Origin: an uncultured Planctomycetota bacterium
Lineage (GTDB): Bacteria > Planctomycetota > PLA2 > JAEUHO01
Direction of reading: 5' to 3'
NCBI GenBank assembly: GCA_963752285.1
Contig: CAVVXN010000001.1
Location: forward strand, 128,001 to 192,000
Length of the DNA stretch: 64,000 nt
How positions within the stretch are numbered: the stretch's first letter is position 1; each line of letters begins with the position of its first letter. This document shows, piece after piece, positions 1-9,499 of this stretch. Both the position numbers and the translations under genes were made by a program. The notes under the pieces were generated by a model. It worked only from the letters and a program-made list of their open reading frames with translations, was not told the origin of the DNA and did no database searches.

Positions 1-1
1 G

Positions 2-1573
2 GTGGGGACCGCCTCCCAGTCGCTCCTCTTCGCCCGTCACGTCGCGGAGCACCATCTCGACGCCGCCGCGCACGAGATCCTCGAGGCGGCGCGCGCCCTC
101 CCGGCGACCGACCCGTCGACGACCGCGCCGGCGCCCATCGAGGAGACGGCACGGCGCCAGATGGCCGACGCCGTGATCTGGCGCATCGTCTTCGACTTCG
201 CCGAACGGGATGTCTCGCGGGCGCGCCTGCTCGAGCGCTACCGCGGATGGCAACGGAGCTTCCCGAAGAGCGAGCACCAGGAGCGCGTCGCCGCGGCGAT
301 CCGGGTCCTCGAGCCGATGGTGAAGGAGGACGCGACCCACCCGGGCATCTCCGACGAGGCCCTCGGGACGCTCTCCCCCGACCTCCAGGCGCGCGAGTGG
401 GTGTTCCGGCTCCGCGACCAGGGCGGCGACGTCTCGGTCGGACGGGCGGGCGTTCGTCTCGAACCCGACGAGGACGACACGCCGCTCGACCACCTCGTCT
501 CGCTGGGCCTCGTGGCCGCGCCCGCGCTCGTGGACGCCCTCACGGACGCGCGATTCACGCGCGCGGTCCTGTTCCGCTTCGACGCGGACTTCGCGCGCCA
601 GCACGTGGCCCGCGTCGGCGACATGGCCGAGGTCGCGCTCGAACGGATCACGCACCAGAGGAACTGGGAGCCCACGGCCGACGCGCCGTCGATGTTCGAC
701 GCCGGCGCGGCGGAGGGCGTCCAGGAGAGGTGGCGCGCCTGGCTCGCCCGCGCGACCGACCTGACCGCCGCGCTCGTCGCGCTCGCGGCGGAGAAGGACC
801 CCGCGCGGCGTGTCGAGATGGCCCGCGCGCTGCCCGATCGCGGCGCGGGTCCCCTCGGCGGCGCCCCGCGCGCGGTCTGGGGGACGAGCAGCTTCACGCG
901 CGCGGTCCCCGGGCTCGACGACGCCGCCGCGAAGGACCTCCTCGAGGTGGTCCTCGCCAACGCCCCGAGCCCGCGCATGCAGACGCTCGCCGCCTGGGCG
1001 CTCCTCGACCTCGGCGACGAGCACGCCGTCGAGGCCGTGATCGACATCTGGAACGGCCTCGACGACGAGGAGCGTGCGGACCCGGAGCAGGGCGGGACCG
1101 TGGCCTCGTTCCTCGCCGCGTGCAACGACCCATCGGCGGTGAGCGCGCTCGCGAACGGACTCGACGCGCGGCCCCCGGCCGTGCGCGAGATCGCGGTCCT
1201 CGCCTTCCTGGGCGAGGGACTCGGCGCGGTGCGGGGCTTCTCCGCGGACCCGCCCGCCGGATGGCGCACGGACTGGGCGCTCGAGGGCGCCGCCGCGGAC
1301 GCCGCGGAGGACCTGCTCGGCGCGCGTCTCGCCGACCTCGACGTCGAACCGCTCGGGCGGATCCCGCGACAGACGCCGCTCGCGGACTTCGACCCCTCCT
1401 TCGACGCCGGCCGTCGCATCGCGGACGTCGCGATCCGCGTCCTCGGCGCGCACTGGTCGTCCGTCTATCCCCTCGAGTCCGCGCCCGTGCGCACGGCCGA
1501 CGAGTGGGAGACGCTCCGCACCCGCTTCGAGAAGGCCTGGCACGACGCGGCGGCCCGTCGGGCCCCGCGCTGA
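2..1573 (+). CDS. Hypothetical alpha-helical (HEAT-like repeat) protein, 5' end outside window
   Basis: Open frame from the window edge with strong GC3 bias; helical segments such as LVSLGLVAAPALVDALTD and AAWALLDLGDEHAVEAVI resemble HEAT/PBS repeats. Confidence 0.65.
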   Translation: MGTASQSLLFARHVAEHHLDAAAHEILEAARALPATDPSTTAPAPIEETARRQMADAVIWRIVFDFAERDVSRARLLERYRGWQRSFPKSEHQERVAAAIRVLEPMVKEDATHPGISDEALGTLSPDLQAREWVFRLRDQGGDVSVGRAGVRLEPDEDDTPLDHLVSLGLVAAPALVDALTDARFTRAVLFRFDADFARQHVARVGDMAEVALERITHQRNWEPTADAPSMFDAGAAEGVQERWRAWLARATDLTAALVALAAEKDPARRVEMARALPDRGAGPLGGAPRAVWGTSSFTRAVPGLDDAAAKDLLEVVLANAPSPRMQTLAAWALLDLGDEHAVEAVIDIWNGLDDEERADPEQGGTVASFLAACNDPSAVSALANGLDARPPAVREIAVLAFLGEGLGAVRGFSADPPAGWRTDWALEGAAADAAEDLLGARLADLDVEPLGRIPRQTPLADFDPSFDAGRRIADVAIRVLGAHWSSVYPLESAPVRTADEWETLRTRFEKAWHDAAARRAPR

Positions 1574-1595
1574 CCGGGAACCGGGAGACCCTCCC

Positions 1596-2960
1596 ATGCG
1601 TCTTCGCCGCGCCCGCCCCGTCGCGCTCGGACTCCTCGTCCTCGGGCTCCTCACACCGCCCGCGGCCCGTGCGGGGGAGGGAGACCTCCCCGAGGCGAAG
1701 CCCGTGCGCGTCGAGATCGCCGACGGGATGCGGCTCGCGGGGACGTTCTGGCCCGCGCGCGCCGCGCACGGCGCCGGCGTGGTCCTCCTCCACGACTTCC
1801 GACGCGACCGGAGCGCGTGGGACCGCGTCCTCCCCGCCCTTCGCGTGCGCGACGTCGCCGTCCTCGTCGTCGACGCGAGAGGCCACGGCGAGAGCGCGAA
1901 GCAGGGCGACGTGGACCTCTCCCTCGCGGTACGGAAGCGCGACCCGAAGGTCTTCGCCGCGATGCACGAGGACGCGATCGCCGCGGTGCGCTGGCTCGCG
2001 AAGGAGGGCGGGTGCGACCCGAGGCGCATCGCCCTGGTCGGCGCGGGGCTCGGGGGGTCGGTCGCCGTGGACGCCGCGCGCCGGCACCCGGACCTCGTCG
2101 CGGCGGTGCTCGAGATGACGCCGAGCGCCCGGTCCCTGGGCCTCGACACCCTCGCGAACGTGAAGGGCCTCCCGGCCGAGACGCCGCTGCTCCTCCTCGC
2201 GCACCGTGCGGACCTCGCGCTCGGAGCGAGCGAGCTCGTCGCGGCGCGGCCCGCGACGCGCCTCGTCGTCTACGACGACAAGGCGCCCGCGCAGGTCGTG
2301 GACGAGCCCACGTGGGCCCGCGGCACGGAGATGTTCGCCGGCATACCGCTCGTCGAGCAGACCGTCGCGAGCTTCGTGGCGGCGAAGACGGGCTCGAAGG
2401 TCGAGAACGTGGTGCTCGACGGCGTCGTCACCCCCGACGGCCCGGACGCCGACCCGTGGCCGGAGGCGATCGACGTCGGCCAGCCGGGCGGGGACGGCCG
2501 CGCCTGGGCCTTCCGGGTCGGGCACCGCGTGCTCTTCGGGGGAACGGCGCACGCCGGCGTCCACGGGCTCCGGTTCGAGGTGCAGACGGGGGACCACCAG
2601 GAGAAGAGCGCGGACGACGAGGACCAGCCGGGCCTCGCCCTCGGGCCGGGTCAGGTCGTGGGATTCGACCTCGACACGGGGCGCGTCCTCTGGTCGTGGG
2701 GCGGCATGGGGTCGGTGCCCGGCTTCCCGGGCATGGACACGTCGAAGCTCTTCGGCAAGACGTACCCGGTCGTGCGCGTGACCCACGACGAGGCGGGGAC
2801 GAGCTTCGAGGGCGAGTGGTACGTCCCGTCGTTCGGGTCCTCGGAGGGAGCGATGGACCTCCGCCTGCTCGTCCGGTTCGACCGGACGGCCCATCCCGGC
2901 CCGCGAGGCGGGATGATGGAGTTCGACCCCGTGCACGCCGTGGACGTCCCGTCGCGGTGA
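1596..2960 (+). CDS. Secreted alpha/beta-hydrolase-fold protein with extra C-terminal domain, catalytic residues apparently substituted
   Basis: Signal peptide; GVVLLH, DARGHGES and RIALVGAGLGG motifs; the nucleophile elbow reads G-A-G-L-G. Confidence 0.75.
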   Translation: MRLRRARPVALGLLVLGLLTPPAARAGEGDLPEAKPVRVEIADGMRLAGTFWPARAAHGAGVVLLHDFRRDRSAWDRVLPALRVRDVAVLVVDARGHGESAKQGDVDLSLAVRKRDPKVFAAMHEDAIAAVRWLAKEGGCDPRRIALVGAGLGGSVAVDAARRHPDLVAAVLEMTPSARSLGLDTLANVKGLPAETPLLLLAHRADLALGASELVAARPATRLVVYDDKAPAQVVDEPTWARGTEMFAGIPLVEQTVASFVAAKTGSKVENVVLDGVVTPDGPDADPWPEAIDVGQPGGDGRAWAFRVGHRVLFGGTAHAGVHGLRFEVQTGDHQEKSADDEDQPGLALGPGQVVGFDLDTGRVLWSWGGMGSVPGFPGMDTSKLFGKTYPVVRVTHDEAGTSFEGEWYVPSFGSSEGAMDLRLLVRFDRTAHPGPRGGMMEFDPVHAVDVPSR

Positions 2961-2996
2961 GGGGAGGCGCCTCGCGCCGGAACGAGGGAGAACGCG

Positions 2997-3362
2997 ATGG
3001 CCCGCAACGTCCTCGGTGGCCCGCTAGAGCTCTGCGGCACCGACCCGCCCACCGGCTTCTTCCGGTCGGGTCGGTGCGACACCGGGCGCGACGACCCCGG
3101 GCTCCACTGCGTCTGCGCCCGCATGACCGAGGAGTTCCTCGCCTTCAGCGCGCGGCGGGGAAACGACCTGACGATGCCCCTCCCGGCCATCTCGTTCCCG
3201 GGGCTCGTGCCGGGAGACCGGTGGTGCCTCTGCATCGCGCGCTGGAAGGAGGCGCTCGAGGCGGGCGTCGCCCCGCCCGTCGTGCTCGAGGCCACGCACA
3301 TGTCCACGTTGGAGTTCGTCTCGCTCGAGGACTTGCGGCGTCACGCGGTGGGCCCGGTCTGA
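2997..3362 (+). CDS. DUF2237 family protein
   Basis: NVLGGPLELCGTDPPTGFFRSGRC, HCVCA and GLVPGDRWCLCIARW motifs; GGGAG upstream. Confidence 0.9.
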   Translation: MARNVLGGPLELCGTDPPTGFFRSGRCDTGRDDPGLHCVCARMTEEFLAFSARRGNDLTMPLPAISFPGLVPGDRWCLCIARWKEALEAGVAPPVVLEATHMSTLEFVSLEDLRRHAVGPV

Positions 3363-3393
3363 GGTCCGGCGCGCGGGCGGCCACGGAGGTCCG

Positions 3394-3768
3394 ATGAGAA
3401 CGCTTCAGTACGCCATCGTGTTCGTCTCGGACATGACCCGATCGGTGGCCTTCTACCGGGACGTGCTCGGCCTGCCCCTCCGCTTCGAGTCGCCGGGATG
3501 GAGCGAGCTCGCGAACGAGGGGACCACGATCGCGCTCCATGCGTCGTCGGCCGGCCGGGGCGAACCCGCGTCCGCCGAGGACCGGCCGGGAACGTGCCGT
3601 CTCGGCTTCCAGGTAGAGGACCTCGACGCGACGCATCGCCAGCTCCTCGAGCGCGACGTGACCTGTCTCTCGGCGCCGAAGGCGCAGGCGTACGGGATCC
3701 GGCAGGCCGTCTACGCCGACCCCGACGGCCTGACGTTCACGCTCGCTCAGCGCATGGCCCGCGGCTGA
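3394..3768 (+). CDS. VOC/glyoxalase family protein
   Basis: IVFVSDMTRSVAFYRDVLGL ... FQVEDLDA ... YADPDG; GGAGG RBS. Confidence 0.9.
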   Translation: MRTLQYAIVFVSDMTRSVAFYRDVLGLPLRFESPGWSELANEGTTIALHASSAGRGEPASAEDRPGTCRLGFQVEDLDATHRQLLERDVTCLSAPKAQAYGIRQAVYADPDGLTFTLAQRMARG

Positions 3769-3789
3769 CGCGGCGATCGTCGTTCGGCG

Positions 3790-4209
3790 TCACTCGTCCG
3801 CCTCGCCGGCGAGGCGCGGACGCGCGCCGGGCCGGCGCAGGGTGAGCGCGATCCCGCCGAGGATCGTCGCGCTCGCGGCGACGATCCGCACGGTCGGCGC
3901 CTCGCTGAGAAGGGGGATCGCGGCCGCGGCCGCGAGGACCGGAACGGCGAGCGGCACGACCGCCGCGGGCGTCGCCTCGAGCCGCGGCAGCGCCGCATAC
4001 CCAGCGGCGTAGCCGAGGCCGGACGCGACCGCGCCGGACGCGATGCGCACGAGCGTGAACGTCGCCGGGTCGATGCCCCCGCGCGGCAACGCGTCCCGGC
4101 AGAGGAGGGAGTTGCCCGCGAACGCGACGAGCGCCACCGCGACCCAGGCGTAGGGCGGGGCGTCGCCGCCGGTGCGGGTCGCTTCGCTCGACGGTCGGGC
4201 CCTACCCAT
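3790..4209 (-). pseudogene. DMT/EamA-family transporter, internally deleted (about half length)
   Basis: Family N-terminus ([25 protein letters not shown]) is joined directly to the family C-terminus (SGLGYA..ALPRL..AAVVPLAVPVLAA..ILGGIAL); the middle helices are absent. Start uncertain. Confidence 0.7.
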
Positions 4210-4268
4210 GCGCGCATTCAAGAATGGTCCGGGGGGCTCGGCCGGAGAGCGACCCCCGGGAGGGCGCC

Positions 4269-5255
4269 GTGCAGAAGATTCGACTGGGAGCGGGCGGTCC
4301 CGAGATCCCCGTGCTGGGCCTGGGTTGCATGGGGATGAGCGAGTTCTACGGCGCCCCGGACGCCGAACGAGCCGTCGCCACGATCCAACACGCGCTGGAC
4401 CTCGGCTGCACGTTCTTCGACACGTCCGACATGTACGGCCGCGGGGAGAACGAGAAGCTCTTGTGCCGCGCCCTCGGGAACCGGCGCGACGAGGCCGTGA
4501 TCGCCACGAAGTTCGGGGTCCGCCGTTCCGCGGATGGCGGGTTCTCGGGCGTCAGCGGGAGCCCCGAGTACGTGCGCCAGGCCTGCGACGGTTCGCTCGC
4601 ACGCCTCGGCACCGACGTGATCGACCTCTACTACCAGCACCGTGTCGATCCCGACGTGCCGATCGAGGACACCGTGGGGGCGATGGCCGAGCTCGTCCGC
4701 GCGGGCAAGGTCCGTCGCCTCGGCCTCTCGGAGGCGGCACCGGACACGATCCGCCGGGCGCACGCCGTGCATCCCATCTCGGCGCTCCAGACCGAGTACT
4801 CGCTCTGGTCCCGCGAGCCCGAGGAGGAGCTCCTGGCCCTCACGAAGGAGCTCGGCATCACGTTCGTGAGCTACAGCCCGCTTGGACGGGGCTTCCTCGC
4901 GGGACGGTTCCACCGCCCCACCGACCTCGACGAGGGCGACGCCCGCCGGCACTTCCCGCGCTTCCAGGCCGGGAACTTCGAGGAGAACCTGAAGATCGCG
5001 GACGCCGTGACGGCGGTCGCGTCCGCGAAGGGCAGGACGCCGGCCCAAGTCGCGCTCGCCTGGGTACTCGGCGGGTCCGACCACGTGGCCGCGATCCCCG
5101 GGACGACCCGGGTCGCACGTATCGAGGAGAACGTCGCCGCGGCCGACCTCGTGCTCACGCCCGCCGAGCGAGAGCAGCTCGAGCGCGCGGCGCCTCCGGG
5201 TCGGGCCGCGGGGACGCGGTATCCCGAGCGCGGGATGCGTACGGTGCACCGGTGA
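4269..5255 (+). CDS. Aldo/keto reductase
   Basis: [42 protein letters not shown] and IPGT motifs; GTG start after GGAGGG. Confidence 0.95.
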   Translation: MQKIRLGAGGPEIPVLGLGCMGMSEFYGAPDAERAVATIQHALDLGCTFFDTSDMYGRGENEKLLCRALGNRRDEAVIATKFGVRRSADGGFSGVSGSPEYVRQACDGSLARLGTDVIDLYYQHRVDPDVPIEDTVGAMAELVRAGKVRRLGLSEAAPDTIRRAHAVHPISALQTEYSLWSREPEEELLALTKELGITFVSYSPLGRGFLAGRFHRPTDLDEGDARRHFPRFQAGNFEENLKIADAVTAVASAKGRTPAQVALAWVLGGSDHVAAIPGTTRVARIEENVAAADLVLTPAEREQLERAAPPGRAAGTRYPERGMRTVHR

Positions 5256-5629
5256 CCGGCGCCGCGAACGAGTCGGCGCGGGCCAACCTCGACCGACGCG
5301 GCCGCTGGCTCCGCCTGGGAGCCGGCGTGCTGCTGCTCCCGGCGGTCGCGGGGACGTTCCTCTGGATGGTGGACCGCCACGTGGACCGGGTCGCGCGCCT
5401 CGCGCTCTTCGTGCCGCTCGTCGTCGCGTCGCTCTGCCTGGCGCAGGCGTCCGCCTCGACCTGAGTGGCCCTCGCGCGGCGCGGTCGGCGCGTGGTGGAC
5501 GGCGAGGAGTGTGTGGTCGGGGACGCGGCCGTCGCCGCGGCCCTCCGCGCCCGCGCGGCGCGGATCTGGACCGGATCGCTCCTCGCGGCGGCCGCCGTGA
5601 CGATCGCGCTCCTGCTCGCGCCGGCCTGA
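5252..5629 (+). CDS. Small membrane protein with in-frame TGA at 5462..5464 (putative selenoprotein, Sec71)
   Basis: GTG overlaps the AKR stop (GTGA). 70 codons, then TGA, then 54 more in-frame codons with coding-like bias ending in a hydrophobic helix; SECIS-like hairpin follows the TGA. Confidence 0.7.
5470..5507 (+). promoter_or_regulatory. Putative bacterial SECIS element
   Basis: GGTC at 5483..5486, 18 nt after the TGA. Apical stem GCGC(5479-82)/GCGC(5488-91) can extend past a bulged G; outer CCTCGC/GCGAGG pairing is also possible. Confidence 0.55.
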
Positions 5630-5633
5630 GGCG

Positions 5634-6260
5634 CTACTCGCTCCGCTTGTTCTCGACCTGCTGGATCACGCCGCAGGCGACGCGCGCGCCCGCGTTGCCG
5701 CTCGGCTGGGTCTTCAGGTCGTCCTCGCCCGCGTGGACGATCACCGCCTTGCCGATGATGGAGTCGGGTCCGTCGAGGCGCATGACCGGGTCGCGCCAGA
5801 CGAGGGTCGCCTTGCCGTCGGCGTCCGCCTCGACGTTCCCCAGGTCACCGACGTGACGGTCCGCCGACGTGCGCGCGCCGTGCTGCTTGTTCGTGGGGTT
5901 GAAGTGGCCGCCCGCGCTCGAGCCGTCCGGCGCGGAGCAGTCGCCCTTCTCGTGGACGTGGAAGCCGTGCTTCCCGGGCGTGAGTCCCGTGATCTCGGCG
6001 CGAACCACCACGACGTCCTTCTCCTGGGAGAAGGTGACGGTGCCCTTTACGTGGTTCCCCTCCGTCGGCTCCAGGTCCGCCGTCGCCTGGAGGCCGGAGG
6101 CCGAGGGGCTCGGCATCGCCTCGGACGGCGACGAGGGCGTCTCGCGCGAGGAGGCCTCGTTTCCGGCGGGCTCGTTCGCATGGTCGGCCGTGTCGGTCCG
6201 ACCGCAGGCGATCAGGCTCGCGAAGAGGACCACCGGCAGGATCGTTCGTGCACATCGCAT
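5634..6260 (-). CDS. sodC: Cu/Zn superoxide dismutase, lipoprotein
   Basis: Lipobox LIAC; HGFHVHEKGDC, AGGHFNP, RHVGDLGN, VIVHAGEDD and GNAGARVACG motifs. Confidence 0.95.
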   Translation of the reverse strand: MRCARTILPVVLFASLIACGRTDTADHANEPAGNEASSRETPSSPSEAMPSPSASGLQATADLEPTEGNHVKGTVTFSQEKDVVVVRAEITGLTPGKHGFHVHEKGDCSAPDGSSAGGHFNPTNKQHGARTSADRHVGDLGNVEADADGKATLVWRDPVMRLDGPDSIIGKAVIVHAGEDDLKTQPSGNAGARVACGVIQQVENKRSE

Positions 6261-6637
6261 GGCGCATCGCTCCACATCGTGGGTTCGAAGCCTCCCGGTC
6301 CTGCAAGGCGGGGACCAGCCGGAGCCCGCGACATCCGGGCCCAACCACCGGTCGCGCCGCCCGAATCGGAAGTCCCGCGCCGATCCGCTCGGCTCGCCAG
6401 CCCCGGTTCCGCTCCGCGACGTCCCGGCGTCCGTCGTCGCGCACGGGCAGGTCGGCCGGACGGGGACGTCGTCGGGGTTCTGTGCGGGGGTCGGTTCGCC
6501 GGGCGTCTCCGTCGCCGGGAGGACGCCGTCGTCGTCCGGCAGGCAGTCCACGGGACCGCGCGCGCCCTCCAGACCGACGGCCGGGCCCCCCCTTCGCCGC
6601 GGCCGGTAGGATGCGGAGGCTCGAGCGAGAGGAAGAC

Positions 6638-8101
6638 ATGGGGCGGCTGTGGATCGCGGTCCTCCTGGTGGTCGTAGCGCGCCTCGCCCCCGAGATCGGG
6701 CGGCGCGGCATGCACTTCGACGGCCTCGTGTACGCGGCCGTCTCCCGGAACCTCGCCCACGGCGAGGGGACGGCCTGGGCGCCGCGCGCGAGCGAGACGA
6801 TCTTCAATCCCTTCTACGAGCACCCTCCGCTCTTCTTCTGGCTGGAGTCGGTCCCGTTTCACTGGAGCGACTCGGAGTGGGTCGAGAAGTGCTTCTCGCT
6901 CGCGACGCTCCTGGGCGCGCTCGGGCTGACGTTCCTCCTGATCGACCTCCTCGCGCCGGTGGACCGCGCGACGGCGATCCCGCTGAAGGGCCTCGCGGCG
7001 GTCCCGTGGATCGCCTCGGGACTCACGGCCTGGGTGTACGCGAACAACGTCCTCGAGACGCTGCTCACCCTGTTCGCCCTGGGCGCCGTGATCGCCTTCG
7101 TGGCGGGCGAGCGCACGTCGTCGCGTCCCGCCGCCCTCGCGTGGGGCGCCCTGGGCGCGGTCCTCGTCGCCGCCGCGGTCCTGACGAAGGGGCCGACCGG
7201 CCTCTTCCCCGTCGCCGCGCCGTTCCTCTACGTCCTCGCGACGCGTCCGCGCGCGTGGGCCGCCGGTCTTCGCTCGTCGGTGCTCGCCACGCTCGCGTGC
7301 GGGTCGCTCCTCGGCGGGGTCTGGCTGTCGGTCGGCGCCGCGCGCGACTTCGCGTCGCACTACTGGGCGCAGCAGATCGTCGCCACGGTCTCCGGCGCGC
7401 GGGGCGTGGACCGCACGGGCGCGTCCCTCGTCGTGCTGGCCCGGGCCCTCTTCCACGCACTCTGGCCGGTTGGGGTGCCTTTCGGCGTCGTCCTCCTTCT
7501 CCGGTGGCGCGCGCGCGCGCGGCGCGCCTTCGACCGCGGGCTCGCCCGCGCGGGGGCGTTCCTCCTCCTGGTGGGACTCTCCGCCTCGCTCCCGCTCGCG
7601 ATCACGCCGATCGTGCGCGGTCACTACCTCGCGCCGTCCACGCCCTTCTACGCGGCGGGCTTCGCGTGCCTCGGCGTCGCCGCGTGGCCGTTCGAGGGTC
7701 TCTCCGCCTTCCTCCACCGCCTCGTCGTCCGCGCCGCGGCCGTCGCCCTCGTCGTCGCGGTCGCCGTGGGCTTCGCCGTTCTCTTCCGGGACGGCCCCCA
7801 TCCCGTTCGCGACCGCGCGTCGCAGGAGATGCTCGACGTGTGCGCGCGCGAGGGCCTTCGGGAGGAGCGCCTCGACATGTCGCCGGCGCTCGACCGCGCG
7901 TGGTCGCTCCACGCGTACCTCGAGCGGCACCTCGGACTCAGCATGGTCGAGACGGCCCGTCCGACCGGCGCGTACTACCTCGTCCCGTCCGAGCAGGTCC
8001 GCGCGCTGCCCGACGCGTACCAGGTGCCCGACGAGAACCGCACGTCGCGCTACGCCCTGGCCGTTCGCGCTGGTGGGGCCGGACCGCACGGGGCCCGCTG
8101 A
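6638..8101 (+). CDS. ArnT/GT39-like (GT-C) membrane glycosyltransferase
   Basis: DGLVYAAVSRNL, FYEHPPLFFW and LTKGP motifs; many TM helices. Alternative start at 6611. Confidence 0.85.
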   Translation: MGRLWIAVLLVVVARLAPEIGRRGMHFDGLVYAAVSRNLAHGEGTAWAPRASETIFNPFYEHPPLFFWLESVPFHWSDSEWVEKCFSLATLLGALGLTFLLIDLLAPVDRATAIPLKGLAAVPWIASGLTAWVYANNVLETLLTLFALGAVIAFVAGERTSSRPAALAWGALGAVLVAAAVLTKGPTGLFPVAAPFLYVLATRPRAWAAGLRSSVLATLACGSLLGGVWLSVGAARDFASHYWAQQIVATVSGARGVDRTGASLVVLARALFHALWPVGVPFGVVLLLRWRARARRAFDRGLARAGAFLLLVGLSASLPLAITPIVRGHYLAPSTPFYAAGFACLGVAAWPFEGLSAFLHRLVVRAAAVALVVAVAVGFAVLFRDGPHPVRDRASQEMLDVCAREGLREERLDMSPALDRAWSLHAYLERHLGLSMVETARPTGAYYLVPSEQVRALPDAYQVPDENRTSRYALAVRAGGAGPHGAR

Positions 8102-8271
8102 GGGGCCGGACCGTCGCAGGGCGGCGACCGGCGCCCCGCGCCCTCCTCGGTCGGGACGCCGCCGCCCGCGCCCACGCGATCTCCCTATCCTGTGCGCGGG
8201 GCGGGCGCGGGTCGGGGCGGACGACGAGGTGCGCTTTGGACCACCGTTCCCTCCGGCACCGGGTCGCCCCC

Positions 8272-9432
8272 GTGCCGCTCCGTGTCGCGGGCGTCGTCCT
8301 GGGCTTCGTCCTCGCCGTCCTCGTGAGCGTAGACGCTCCGGCGCGCGGCGCCCCCCCCGAAGCTCCTTCCGGCCCCGCCCCCGCCGAGGTCCGGCGCGCG
8401 CTCGACCGCGGGGCCGACTGGCTCCGCCGGGCGTACGCGGGCGGGTTCCCCGAGTCGTCCTGGCACGACCCGGTCGAGCTCGTCGTCCTCACGCTCCACC
8501 ACGCCGGGGCCGACCGCTCCGACGCCGTGCTCCGCGCGGGGCTGGAACGGCTCGCGTCGGAGGCGCCGCGGTACACGTACCGCGCCTCCGTGCTCGCGAT
8601 GGCGCTGGCCGAGGTCAACCCGCGCCTCTATCTCCCCCAGATCGCACGGGCCGCGCAGTGGTTGGTGGACACGCAGCTCCCCGGCGGCGACTGGGGCTAC
8701 CCCGGCGTCATGTCGGGTCCGGACCGCCAGCCCGTTCCGGTGACCGTGACGCCTCCGACCCTGCCCGGCTCCGCGGAGGGGCCGCCTCCCGAGAAGGTCG
8801 TGATCGAGCGGCGGGCGTCGCCCGAGGGCATGCCGGGCGCGAAGGGCGACTTCTCGAACACGCAGTTCGCGATCCTCGGCCTCCGGGCCTGCCGGGACGC
8901 CGGCGTCGAGATCCCGGCCGAGACGTGGAGGTCGGCGCTCGCGTACCTCGCCAAGCGTCAGAGGAAGGGCGGCGGCTGGGGGTACGACCAGGGCGACCAG
9001 CCGGACCGGACGGCGTACGCGTCGCTCACGGCGGCCGGCCTCTCGAGCGCGGCGATCTGCGTGAACGCGCTCGGAAAGCGACCGGACGACGACCCCGTGG
9101 TCCGACGGGCAGAGCGCTGGATGGACCAGCACGAGGAGGTGGGGAAGAACGTCGCGATCGACCAAAGCTCCGTGATCGGCCCGAGCTCGTGGCAGTACTA
9201 CCACCTCTATTCCGTGGAGCGCGTCGGGGCCGTCCTGCGGCTCGACCGGATCGGCGGCGAGGACTGGTACGCCGCCGGCGCGCGTCGGGTCCTCGCGGAG
9301 CAGGGTGCCGACGGGTCGTGGAAGGACCCGAGCCCCGACGAGATGGGACCCCGCCCGCGCTACCTCGACGTGGCCGACACCTGCTTCGCGATGCTCTTCC
9401 TGGCGCGCCGGACGCCGCCCCTGACCCGTTGA
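8272..9432 (+). CDS. Secreted prenyltransferase/squalene-oxidase-repeat protein
   Basis: Signal peptide; QW-like repeats (QLPGGDWGY, QRKGGGWGY, QGADGSW); GDFSNTQFAILGL and YYHLYSVERVG. Start approximate. Confidence 0.8.
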   Translation: MPLRVAGVVLGFVLAVLVSVDAPARGAPPEAPSGPAPAEVRRALDRGADWLRRAYAGGFPESSWHDPVELVVLTLHHAGADRSDAVLRAGLERLASEAPRYTYRASVLAMALAEVNPRLYLPQIARAAQWLVDTQLPGGDWGYPGVMSGPDRQPVPVTVTPPTLPGSAEGPPPEKVVIERRASPEGMPGAKGDFSNTQFAILGLRACRDAGVEIPAETWRSALAYLAKRQRKGGGWGYDQGDQPDRTAYASLTAAGLSSAAICVNALGKRPDDDPVVRRAERWMDQHEEVGKNVAIDQSSVIGPSSWQYYHLYSVERVGAVLRLDRIGGEDWYAAGARRVLAEQGADGSWKDPSPDEMGPRPRYLDVADTCFAMLFLARRTPPLTR

Positions 9433-9499
9433 GATCGCACGCCGGTGGCCCGGCACGCCCCCTGCGGAGGGCCGACGCCGGGGCGCGAAAGGACCGGAA

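Noticed and set aside
5465..5629. Downstream half of the UGA gene as an independent ORF starting at GTG 5465
   Set aside because: Formally possible, but there is no RBS and it is exactly in frame with the upstream half behind a SECIS-like hairpin; readthrough or a nonsense mutation explains it better.
8272..9432. Squalene-hopene cyclase
   Set aside because: Too short, has a signal peptide and lacks the DxDD motif; it only shares QW-like repeats.
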